Source: Cyanophora paradoxa CCMP329
Lineage: Eukaryota > Plantae > Glaucophyta
Assembly: GCA_004431415.1 (NCBI GenBank)
Contig: QPMI01000217.1
Coordinates: 1 to 64,000 of the forward strand
Direction of reading: 5' to 3'
Length of the DNA stretch: 64,000 nucleotides
Shown: in pieces, positions 24,901 through 36,200 of the stretch
How positions within the stretch are numbered: the first letter of the stretch is position 1
Layout: each line of letters begins with the position of its first letter
Position numbers and translations under genes: made by a program
Notes under the pieces: model-generated
Told to the model about the DNA's origin: nothing
Seen by the model: the letters and a program-made list of their open reading frames with translations, nothing else
The model's database searches: none

Positions 24901-25936
24901 GCGAGTCGGAGGCTCGGAGCCCGCGCACGTGCACTGGTACCGCGGTACAGTACCAGTGGGCCGCCCGGGCGGTAGACTCCGGTAGGACCGTAGTACCTTG
25001 CCACGGTGAGGCTTGCTATTAATTAATATTGGTCACGGTATTTCTCGGACGGGTTCGAGTCACCGCACCGATTAATATTCTACCAGGTACCTGGTAATCA
25101 TGAATACTTGTCATGACTCATGACTCATGATCACTTCAACGTACTCACTTGCAATTGTGCAACACTGCAACCTACCGTGCCTCCTTCCGTGCCTCCTAGG
25201 TCCCTTAGCCGCTCCTACCAGTGGCTACCACTGGCTACTAGTGGCTAGTACACTAGTACTGGCTACCACTAGCCTACCAGCGTAACCAGCCTACCACGCG
25301 GTCCACGCCTGGCACGGTACGTCCGACGGTCCCACCGTGTCATCGTGACGTCGACGGTGTCAAGCCTTCGAAAAAGGCTCGAACCGCTCGAAGTTTTTTT
25401 GCTTCCGAGCTTTCGACTTGAAACAAAAATGCCCCATGGCAATTCAATTTGGCCGTTGAGTCAAAGCCACTAGGATGCAAAATGTACTCGGTATCGATTT
25501 TCTTTGAAACAGCGAATACTGAGTACTGTCAACGAAGGAATCTTCGACAGCGTCTTTATTTCGTCTATATTCGTCAGACCTGCACTTTGACGAATATTTG
25601 ATACTCTTGAACGGGATTTTTGTATGGAGAAGGGTACTAGCGGCTGACCCGTCTATGGCGGAGTCGCGGGGCTGACGAAATTATGATGCTGTCGAACCAT
25701 ATTTTCGTCACGATTTTCGGGTTTTGTCGAAATTAAGTCTCGACGAATTTTTCTACGTCTACAGTATACGTAGCAGTGAGTGCCAGTGACTGCCGCAGTG
25801 CCAGTGAGTAGTACTGAGTACTACCACTGTACTACTCACTGAGTCAGTAGTCTTTCCATGATTCGTAATTCCTGATGCTGCGTCACAGGCTCACAGCCTC
25901 ACAGGCTCCGAGCCTCCGAGTCGGGCTCCGACTCGC
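24901..25936. mobile_element. Possible degenerate MITE/non-autonomous DNA transposon
   Basis: GCGAGTCGGAGGCTCGGAGCC (24901-24921) is the exact reverse complement of 25904-25936 once a 12-bp insertion (25920-25931) is removed. The AT-rich interior has repeated GACGAA/TTCGTC motifs (25560-25750). No TSD seen. Confidence 0.35.
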
Positions 25937-27000
25937 AGGCCGGGCTGTCGCAGCCTGCTTGAGGCGCCGTAACTCCGTGAGCTCGAGCCTGCGCGCGCAA
26001 TGCGCATGCGTCACCTGCGAATGAGTGCCAGATTTTCGAATTCTTTTCGAGAACGGCGAACGTCACGGCGTTAAGTTGTCGACGTCTTGTCGTTAACCCC
26101 CCGTCGACGTCAGCGCTTTAATTTTGCGATCGATATCGATCGCGAGCGCTGGCTCGATTTGTTTTTTGGGAGACTACGGTGGGGCGAAGTTCCCGGCGAA
26201 CCCCCCCGGTCCCCCCGTAGCCTAGTAGGTAGGTACTGATACTAGCACGCGGCGGCCTCTGCTAGCGCTCGGGCTCTGACTGGGCCGGCCGCCGGTTGGA
26301 AACGGGGTAGAGTAGTGCATGCGCGTGAGGACCGGCGCCGGCGGCGGCGCGGCCCGGCGGGGCGCGCGCGCACGCGTGCAACGCGGGCCCGCGCGCGCCT
26401 GCGCATGCGCGCGCGCACTGCCGACGCGGCCCCCGCGCCTGCAGCTGCAGCCTGCAGCTAGCTATAGCTATAGCGCTGCGCATGCGCAAATCATACTATG
26501 ATAGCTAGCGCTATAGTATGCATATGCATGCGCGCGCATGCCGGCGCCGCGCCTGCCAACTGCCGCCGGCCGGCGCGCGGCGGCGCGCGCGCCGGCGCCG
26601 CGCCCGCCGGGCCGCACTGCAGCTGCGCATGCCGGCGCCGGCGCCTGCACTGCTAGCGCGCTGGTGACGCCTCGCGCGTAATTGTTTTTTAAGTCCAGCA
26701 AGCCGCTAGCCGGAGCTCAGCTATAGCTAGCTACGCTGGCCAGCTAGCGAACCTGTCGGCTAGGTTGACGGCTAAATTGTGCGCTTGTACCCAGCAATCG
26801 GCGCCAAACTCGCAGGAGCTCTTTTTTTCCGCGTTCGGTACAACAGGTACTTGATGCGGCCTAGCGGGCCACGCGCTGCTTCCCGAGCGCTGGCATGTAT
26901 GACATGCTCTGTCGAACATTGCAAGAGCTTTCTTATGCACTTGGTCCGGCCTCTATACGACCACAGGATCAGGCGCTGCAAGGGATAGTCCAGGAAAGGG

Positions 27001-27308
27001 TCCGGTCCTTTTTTCCGCGCAGCATTCCGCTCTTTCCGGGTTCTGACAACGAATTCCGGGCTATGATGCATGCACTAACACGTGGTTAAGAGCTCGGAGC
27101 TGGATCGGGAGATGAGCAGACTCGTCATTTTGTAAGTTACCGAAAACGGGGGCCCTACCCCGTTTCCAATTAAGGAGAACAAACTTGAAATCACAAATCA
27201 AAGATACAGCAGACTATCACAAATCACATTATATAATTATCAAGCTTAAGAAGGATATATATATATATCGAACACGAGAAGGGACATGATCATACTATGA
27301 TCATGATA
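27001..27308 (+). repeat. 308-bp direct duplication, left copy (target-site duplication of the LINE)
   Basis: TCCGGTCCTTTTTTCCGCGC...CATACTATGATCATGATA, identical by eye to 42968-43275 including the 14-nt (AT)7 run. Confidence 0.95.
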
Positions 27309-29870
27309 CCCGCCGCAGGAGGCCGCGCGCCGCCGCCGCCGGTCGCCCAGGACGCGAGGGGACGAGGCCGCGACGCCGCCGACGCCTCCCGCCGACGCCG
27401 AGCAAGCCCGTGCAGCCCCGCCCGCGCCCCCCGCCCGCGCGCCGCGCGCCCCGCCGCAGGAGGCCGCGCGACGCCGCCGCCGGTCGCCCAGGACGCGAGG
27501 GGACGAGGCCGCGACGCCGCCGACGCCTCCCGCCGACGCCGAGCGAGCCCGTGCAGCCCGCCCGCGCCCCCGCCCGCGCGCCGCGCGCCCGCCGCAGGAG
27601 GCCGCGCGCCGCCGCCGCCGGTCGCCCAGGACGCGAGGGGACGAGGCCGCGACGCCGCCGACGCCTCCCGCCGACGCCGAGCGAGCCCGTGCAGCCCGCC
27701 CGCGCCCCCCGCCCGCGCGCCGCGCGCCCCGCCGCAGGAGGCCGCGCGCCGCCGCCGCCGGTCGCCCAGGACGCGAGGGACGAGGCCGCGACGCCGCCGA
27801 CGCCTCCCGCCGACGCCGAGCGAGCCCGTGCAGCCCCGCCCGCGCCCCCGCCCGCCGCCGCGCGCCCCGCCGCAGGAGGCCGCGCGCCGCCGCCGCCGGT
27901 CGCCCAGGACGCGAGGGGACGAGGCCGCGACGCCGCCGACGCCTCCCGCGACGCCGAGCGAGCCCGTGCAGCCCCGCCCGCGCCCCCGCCCGCGCGCCGC
28001 GCGCCCGCCGCAGGAGGCCGCGCGACGCCGCCGCCGGTCGCCCAGGACGCGAGGGGACGAGGCCGCGACGCCGCCGACGCCTCCCGCCGACGCGAGCGAG
28101 CCCGTGCAGCCCCGCCCGCGCCCCCGCCCGCCCGCCGCGCGCCCCGCCGCAGGAGGCCGCGCGCCGCCGCCGCCGGTCGCCCAGGACGCGAGGGGACGAG
28201 GCCGCGACGCCGCCGACGCCTCCCGCCGACGCCGAGCGAGCCCGTGCAGCCCCGCCCGCGCCCCCGCCCGCGCGCCGCGCGCCCCGCCGCAGGAGGCCGC
28301 GCGACGCCGCCGCCGGTCGCCCAGGACGCGAGGGGACGAGGCCGCGACGCCGCCGACGCCTCCCGCCGACGCCGAGCGAGCCCGTGCAGCCCCGCCCGCG
28401 CCCCCGCCCGCGCGCCGCGCGCCCCGCCGCAGGAGGCCGCGCGACGCCGCCGCCGGACGCCCAGGACGCGAGGGGACGAGGCCGCGACGCCGCCGACGCC
28501 TCCCGCCGACGCCGAGCGAGCCCGTGCAGCCCCGCCCGCGCCCCCGCCCGCGCGCCGCGCGCCCCGCCGCAGGAGGCCGCGCGCCGCCGCCGCCGGTCGC
28601 CCAGGACGCGAGGGGACGAGGCCGCGACGCCGCCGACGCCTCCCGCCGACGCCGAGCGAGCCCGTGCAGCCCCGCCCGCGCCCCCCGCCCGCGCGCCGCG
28701 CGCCCCGCCGCAGGAGGCCGCGCGACGCCGCCGCCGGACGCCCAGGACGCGAGGGGACGAGGCCGCGACGCCGCCGACGCCTCCCGCCGACGCCGAGCGA
28801 GCCCGTGCAGCCCCGCCCGCGCCCCCCGCCCGCGCGCCGCGCGCCCCGCCGCAGGAGGCCGCGCGCCGCCGCCGCCGGACGCCCAGGACGCGAGGGGACG
28901 AGGCCGCGACGCCGCCGACGCCTCCCGCCGACGCCGAGCGAGCCCGTGCAGCCCCGCCCGCGCCCCCCGCCCGCGCGCCGCGCGCCCCGCCGCAGGAGGC
29001 CGCGCGACGCCGCCGCCGGTCGCCCAGGACGCGAGGGGACGAGGCCGCGACGCCGCCGACGCCTCCCGCCGACGCCGAGCGAGCCCGTGCAGCCCGCCCG
29101 CGCCCCCCGCCCGCGCGCCGCGCGCCCCGCCGCAGGAGGCCGCGCGACGCCGCCGCCGGACGCCCAGGACGCGAGGGACGAGGCCGCGACGCCGCCGACG
29201 CCTCCCGCCGACGCCGAGCGAGCCCGTGCAGCCCCGCCCGCGCCCCCCGCCCGCGCGCCGCGCGCCCCGCCGCAGGAGGCCGCGCGCCGCCGCCGCCGGT
29301 CGCCCAGGACGCGAGGGACGAGGCCGCGACGCCGCCGACGCCTCCCGCCGACGCCGAGCGAGCCCGTGCAGCCCCGCCCGCGCCCCCGCCCGCGCGCCGC
29401 GCGCCCCGCCGCAGGAGGCCGCGCGACGCCGCCGCCGGTCGCCCAGGACGCGAGGGGACGAGGCCGCGACGCCGCCGACGCCTCCCGCCGACGCCGAGCG
29501 AGCCCGTGCAGCCCGCCCGCGCCCCCCGCCCGCGCGCCGCGCGCCCCGCCGCAGGAGGCCGCGCGCCGCCGCCGCCGGTCGCCCAGGACGCGAGGGACGA
29601 GGCCGCGACGCCACCGACGCCTCCCGCCGACGCCGAGCGAGCCCGTGCAGCCCCGCCCGCGCCCCCGCCCGCGCGCCGCGCGCCTTGCCGCAGGAGGCCG
29701 CGCGACGCCACCGCCGGTCGCCCAGGACGCGAGGGACGAGGCCGCTACGCCACCGACGCCTCCCGCCGACGCCGAGCGAGCCCGTGCAGCCCCGCCCGCG
29801 CCCCCGCCCGCGCGCCGCGCGCCCCGCCGCAGGAGGCCGCGCGACGCCGCCGCCGGTCGCCCAGGACGTG
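27309..29870 (+). repeat. Tandem array of ~140-bp GC-rich monomers (~18.4 copies) at the LINE 5' end
   Basis: Anchor GCCCCGCCGCAGGAGG recurs at 28141, 28281, 28421, 28561 etc.; 19 unit starts counted. Variants are mainly homopolymer-length changes and a few SNPs. Confidence 0.95.
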
Positions 29871-30212
29871 AGGGGGACCCCGCTGCTGTTGACCCGCTCC
29901 CCGCCACCACCTTGCCGACGCCAGCCCGGGGCCTGCATATGCATGCACTACAGCCGGATCTCTAGCCTGCCGTCCCTCGACTGCCCATGCAAGCAGACGC
30001 ATGCACGCCGAGCATATGCATGCACATGCATCCACAAACAAAATCGCCGACCTCATGCCTCTGCCCACGGACAATTGTTAACGCTAGCTACAGCTAGCTG
30101 TAGTCCTAGGACAGCCCAAACTCTGACCCGGGGGAGGAACAACCGGACGGGTACAGCAGTCAGCACCCTGGACGGCAATCCATTCGCACCGCTGGCGCGG
30201 CTGGGCGGCCGG

Positions 30213-30728
30213 ATGGCGCCTGACGACGATGCTGACAGCAACGACGACCCCAACGCGGCGGCTGACCCCCGAACTGGCCGTGGCCTGGAAAGCGGGCCGG
30301 GATCGAAGCGACAACGCCCGCAGTCGGCAGAGCCGGCCACCCCGTCCCGCCGCCACACGGAGAAGTCTATGCGTGGATACAGGCCGGGCGACACGCCAAA
30401 CCGACATGCCAACCCCCGAATGGTTCGGAACCTGACGCCCATGGAGCCCGCGGCGGAGCCGGCATCTGGGATGCCCGCGGCGGGGCGGGCGCAGCCAATG
30501 GCCGCGGTGGCCGTGGGGTGGACATCATCTGGGGCGACCTCCCCCGGGGCGGCTTTGCTGGGAGAGCCCGGGGCGGGATGGGGCCCCCCCCGCGGTGGGC
30601 GCGGACTCCCAGGCCGAGGCGCCGGCGGCAGGGGTGGACGAGGAGCACGTGGTGGCCGCGGCTTTGGGGCTGGCGCCGGCCGGGGTGGCGGCGGCCCTGG
30701 ACAGCAGCGGCTGCCCTGGCAGTACTGA
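30213..30728 (+). CDS. Possible short ORF1-like protein with an RGG-rich tail
   Basis: MAPDDDADSNDD...GGRGLPGRGAGGRGGRGARGGRGFGAGAGRGG..*; lies at the ORF1 position of the element. No RRM or CCHC motif recognised. Confidence 0.3.
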   Translation: MAPDDDADSNDDPNAAADPRTGRGLESGPGSKRQRPQSAEPATPSRRHTEKSMRGYRPGDTPNRHANPRMVRNLTPMEPAAEPASGMPAAGRAQPMAAVAVGWTSSGATSPGAALLGEPGAGWGPPRGGRGLPGRGAGGRGGRGARGGRGFGAGAGRGGGGPGQQRLPWQY

Positions 30729-33291
30729 GCTAGCTGCAACTCCAGCGCCAACCGCCGCGAGCCACAGCAAGTTAAGAGTAAGGCAGCCAAGCCCCTCCGG
30801 CCTAGATCCTGAACCAGTAATAGCGCTAGTTATACAAATGAATTCGCACACACCAAGACAAATGGCTAGGGATATGACTGCAGTGTCCATCTGTGTCAAG
30901 TCGAGAGATGAGCCTACGGGAACAAGCCTTTCGGACATCGGACCGGGTGGAGCTATTGTACTGGAGAAAGGGGCCTATACCTGCCTAGAAGCACTGCCTA
31001 CACCTGCCTAGAGAGCCGAAGCAGAGCAGAGCTACTATAACCCCCCTCAGGACAAGGGCGCCTACAGAGAGGACCGATGTATAAGCGAGGATGAGGTCGA
31101 AGCGGCTGAGCCTGAACTATAGCCCTCAATTTGGCAGGGAAGAAGCGCACTAAGAGAGCAAGGCCGACTAACCCCAGGGAGGGCCGGAAACCGGAGCCCG
31201 TGAGAGCCCGGGTGAAAACCGGCGGGCGCACAGCATCGCCGGCCGCAGCCGGCGACCTGTGCTCCTCGGCCGAGAGATACCTCCTCCAGCTGGCGCGCGC
31301 GCGCGCGGAGTCCGCTGCGGCGGGGGTTGGGAGGCCCGGGCCGCCCGAGTGCTCAGAAGCACGTCGCCTCGCCAGGAATCCAAGCATCTGTGCGGCCGCG
31401 ACGCCCACGGCCGCGACGCGGGCGTGCACTCACACGACCGACGATCATCTGCGCGGGCGCAGCGCAGGTCGCCGGCCCCATAGCCGCGGGCGGCCGATCG
31501 CTGCCGCAGAGAAGTGCTTGGGCTGAACGAGAGAGCAGCTGCTGAAGCCGCCGCTGGTGTCCGCTGGAGTAGCTCGCCGAACCGACCCACGGAGCGGATT
31601 CCTAACGGACGCGCGGCTAACCAGCTAAAGGAGGGATGGAGGCGCCGCCGAGGCGATTCGCGGCAGCCGGAGAGGCGCCCAGCGGGCAGGAGCCCGCCAC
31701 CTACTTTCTCTCCAGGTCGGGGTACGCGAATCCCAGTAATAGCGCTAGCTCTAGTCCCGCCAGAACCAGTAATAGCGCTAGCTCTAGTCCCGTCATGTAC
31801 GGACACCTCGACGCCGAAGTCACAACATCCAGATCTCGAGCTAGAGCTAAACAGGTGCAGAGCGGTGGTACCAGTGGGGGACCCAAAGGAGAACACCCGT
31901 ACTCATACGCGCCGGATGTGCACCTGGCCCTGTAGATCTAGACCCGATCACGACTTGCACGCGAGGCCCAGAGGGGTACGTGGGTGGAAAACGTACCCAT
32001 CAACTGTGCGGATCCGGCTAGCCCGGGCTCGCGCACGCTCGACAGCCACGCTAGGAGAACAGTCTAATCATGACTGCACCACCGGCCTGAAGCGCCAGCC
32101 TGTACTTACGACACCGACCGCTGCCTCCCGGACCCGGCCCCAGCAGGCCGCGGATCCTGCTGTATACGTAACACGACAGCTAGTCCCTAAGCGAAGCCAG
32201 GAGCCCGAGGCCGGTGCCGAAGCCGGCCCCCGCTACAGACCTGTACCTCAGAAGCTACTACGGTGCCGGCACCGGCTAGCCTGTCATGATCAAAGATGGC
32301 GCCAGAGGACCGACGCCGACGCCGGTACCGGTGCCGATGCCGGCCTCGACCTGACGGCGCCATCGGCACGTACGTATACGTATACGCGGCTCCGAGTAGT
32401 TATAACGCCTTGCACTAGCACTAATGCATATGATACCGAAACAGCTGGCGCCGGCACGCGCACCGGCGCCGGCGCCACCTTTAACTTGGGTAGTAACAGC
32501 CCCCCCGATCACGACCTAGCAGGCCCCAGATCCCGATCTAGAGCTAGGGCTGCCAAAGATGGGTACGCCAAGGCAATCACAACAGCTAGCGCCACCGCCA
32601 CTACAATTACTAGTACCAGTATGACACTGTGTATGTGCGCCGCCGGCGCTACCGCCGCGCGCGGCGCCAGCATAGCATACGTAGCCTCAGTGTCAGTGGC
32701 CCGCACGTGTACGGTCTGCACTGTAGACTACACATACTGCACCACATATACAGGCTACGTCTACACGGCGGTGCACGGCGCACTGCACGCCGCGGCGCCG
32801 GCCGGCGCTGCAGCTGGATCCCGACCCGAATTCGAATCTCCGCGACGCCTACCGCGAGCTCGATCACTGGCTCCGGCGAACCGTCCGAGTCCCCGGCCCC
32901 AAGACATATGCATGAACAGAAAAAGAATTTTTTCTGCCCTCCCGGACCGGCCGCTAGCGCCGGCACTACGTCGTCGTCGCCATTCATTGTGCACCCGCCA
33001 ATCGGGAGCAACCAGTCAATCGGGCCCGATAGCTGCCATGACCACAGCGCTAGAGGCTCACATGCGAATGCGGGGTGGCGCCGCCAGGCAGCGGCAGCGG
33101 GCTCGGCCCTCGCCGCGGCGGGCCAAGCTGACCCGGCCATGCTGGCCCATGCATCACGCGCGAGCCCGGCATCATGGCATCCAACGACAGCGCTATCCGG
33201 CCCGCCCCCCGCGCACCGCCGCGAAGAACCCAGGCCTGGAGTCTGGCCTGCACCAGGGGCACAAGAAAATGTTCCACCCGCCCAGAGTCCC

Positions 33292-36200
33292 ATGACCGCA
33301 TATAACACGCCTGGCCCCGCTGGTGTCGGCCGTCCCGCGCCGCTGCTCCGCACGCTATTTCCCCTCGAGCTATTTACACACGAGCGCCTCGGAGCCAAAC
33401 CTGCGGGCACTCACCGAAAATCGGGTATCATACGCCGCCGCTTTGACTCTGACCAGTATTGGAGACTCGCGACCTGGAACGCCCGCACCTGCTCTAGCGT
33501 CAACCATGTCGGCCAGATCCAGAAATATATGCTTGACTGGGGGCTGAGCGTATTAGGGGTCCAATCACTTAACTGCACCCAGGCTACGGTCAGAGCGATG
33601 CGCAGGTCAGTGACATCGGGGCTCATGCTCACGTCCGTGCACGCCGACTCGGCCACGCGCACAACTAGTGCTCAGGAGCTCCCAGCTCGAGCCCCGCCCA
33701 CCCCGCCCCTCTCGCAGAAGAAACTCCGCCAAAATCGAGCCTCCCCCCGCGGCTCCGGCGTAGCCCTTTTTTTCTCAGAAAATATGGCCAAGCACTGTTT
33801 TAAGACCTACACAATGCCAGGCCGCGTGGCCGGCTGTGAGCTTCGATTTGCAAATAATGTTCAGATCTTTATCGCCAGCGTGTACCTCCCCCCCGGCGAA
33901 AGTCGGACGGCGCGGTCTACTGAAAGTGCAAAAATCTTCGACTATCTCCGCGCGACCATGTACGCTGACTGGGCGCTCCGCCCCCGCGCGCACTTTTTCC
34001 TCCTTGGCGATCTTAACAGCTGCCTCTGTCCCGAGACGGGCAAAATCAGACAGGGGCAATATGCGACCACACGAGAACCTGATCACCGCTGGTGGCATGA
34101 ACTGCTTCACGACTGGACCCTCTCCGACGCTGCCACAGCCATGGGCACCGATGACCAAATCACCTTCATATTTCCTGACGCTCCTGACAACCCCAACCCC
34201 CGAGGCATCGCCCCAGATGGCACGCTCCGCCATGCTACCAGGCTCGACTACATCCTACAATCCCAAGTCGCGACTAACGCCCTTCGAGCGGCCCAAGCGT
34301 CGCCTAGAAACGCCCCTTTCTCCTCGGACCATTTCCCACTCCTTGCAGAGTACAGTAAACGGGCCCTGGCCATCAAATATAAACTGGGGCCCCCAGCGTC
34401 TTCGCCCGGCCCTCCGCGTTTCAAGTATGCGACACAGGCATCGCTCACAAAAATTCGCTTCAAAGAACTACTGGAAGAAAAGCTCCAGCAGCCGGTGCCG
34501 GGGTCCTCCGCTAGCGTACGAGAGCTACTCGCAACGCTGGAGGACGATGACGGCACCCCGCCAGAGGACCGCCTAGCCCGCCTGCACGAAGCCCTCAAAT
34601 CCACTCTCGCCCACATCTGTGACCTCGGCCAATCGCCAGTATTTGGCATCTTTACGCCCCCAAAAATCCCTCAAAAATTCTCCCGCCGCGGCCGCCCCGA
34701 ATCCAACCTGCTCACGAGGGCCCAGGAACTGCGCAAGGCATGGGAAGCGGCGCGCCACGGGATCGACTCCACGCCGCGCCGCGTACGGCACTCCCTCTCT
34801 GACCTGCGCAGGGCAATCTCAAATCACAACCACCGGCTTGACAAACTCCCAATAGACAAGCGGTCAGGCTATCTTAAACTCCCACTACCCCCTGTGCCGC
34901 CGCCATTCTCTGCCCGACAACCAAGCTGGCTCGACTATTTTCCAAGCTTCACCACTTGGGCCTCGGCTTTGGACACCAAAGTCCAGGCCACATTAAACGT
35001 TTCGAAGCCACGACAATCAGAGCAAACCGAGAGCGCTCGCAGCGCATGTTCAAGACAGACCTCGCCCAATACCTCCGCCAAACACTTGAAGCCCCAGAAC
35101 GCAGGCCGATTACCTCCTTCTCCCTCTGCCACGCTGGAGAATATCAGGTATACGGCAATGAAGATGCAGTGAAACAGTTCGCACGCCATCACATGCATGC
35201 CTGGACACGGCAGCGTAGCCCACTCACAGCGAACAGGGACCCGGGCGCGCTGCCACTTAGTACATGTGCACAGGAGGCCTCAATATGGCGCCGACTACAC
35301 TCCTCGCGCCAGGATATTGATGATGCAATTTATGCGTACCTAATGGAACCCACCAGCGAGGCCGAACTGGACCGAATCATCGGCTCTCTCCGAAACGGTG
35401 CGGCGGGGCCCTCGGGATTTTCCCACGAAATGATAAAAATGCTGTGGGCGGCACCGGTCCTTTCAAAGAAAACTTGCGAAGAACTACGCAAGGCGGGCCT
35501 GGACCCGGAGCCGCTCCAAGAACCCGATAACCTGTTCCCGACGTGCCGCCAGGTAATCCTCACTACGGTAAATCTGATCCTAAAACTCTCGTCTGTCCCT
35601 GCGCCCCTTCTTCACGGAAATATATGTCTTATCCCCAAGGGCGGGGAATGGGATGGGCACCCTGACAATGTCCGCCCCATTACACTCCAAGAATGCACAT
35701 TGAAGCTTGTGACTGCCATTCTCACTGACCGCCTCTCGCGCGTCCTTCGTAAACACGATATATTGCAGGGCGCGAACTTCGCCTTTACTCGAGGCAAGTC
35801 CACCGACGAGCCTCTGTACATGCTGCGCGCGCTACTGGAGGACGCAAAACAATTCTCGAAACCGATCTACCTGCTACTGCTAGATATTCGCAGAGCCTAC
35901 GACAGCGTCAGCTGGTCTAGCATGGAAATGGCACTCCGCCGCCTAAAAATTCCCGAACGGTACATAAGCCTCTACGGACAAATCTCAACATCACGTACAG
36001 CGTCCGTCGCGACAGGGTACGGCCCAACTGACCCCTTCGATGTGGAGTGCGGGCTCCCGCAAGGAGGAACCGAGTCCCCAATTCACTGGCTCATCTTCTA
36101 TGACGTATTTCTATCGGCTTTACGCGAAGTCAGCGCTGCGGAGAGCACCCAATACTCCATGGGCCCGCCGCCCTCTGCGTCTGACGCTAACCTGCCCGCG

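Noticed and set aside
26731-27089. Short Cys-containing ORFs at the LINE target site
   Set aside because: They are under 100 aa with no recognisable domain or splice pattern, so a gene cannot be supported.
27309-29870. Monomer array as a CRISPR array or as repeated exon-intron units (GTGCAG..GCAG)
   Set aside because: There are no unique spacers or cas genes. The 49-bp intron-like part lacks the CTGAC/CTCAC branch point, and the 91-bp exon would break frame.
27246-30728. 800-1100-aa ORFs in all six frames
   Set aside because: They are translations of a stop-free GC tandem repeat. Unit length varies from 138 to 141 bp and is open in every frame.
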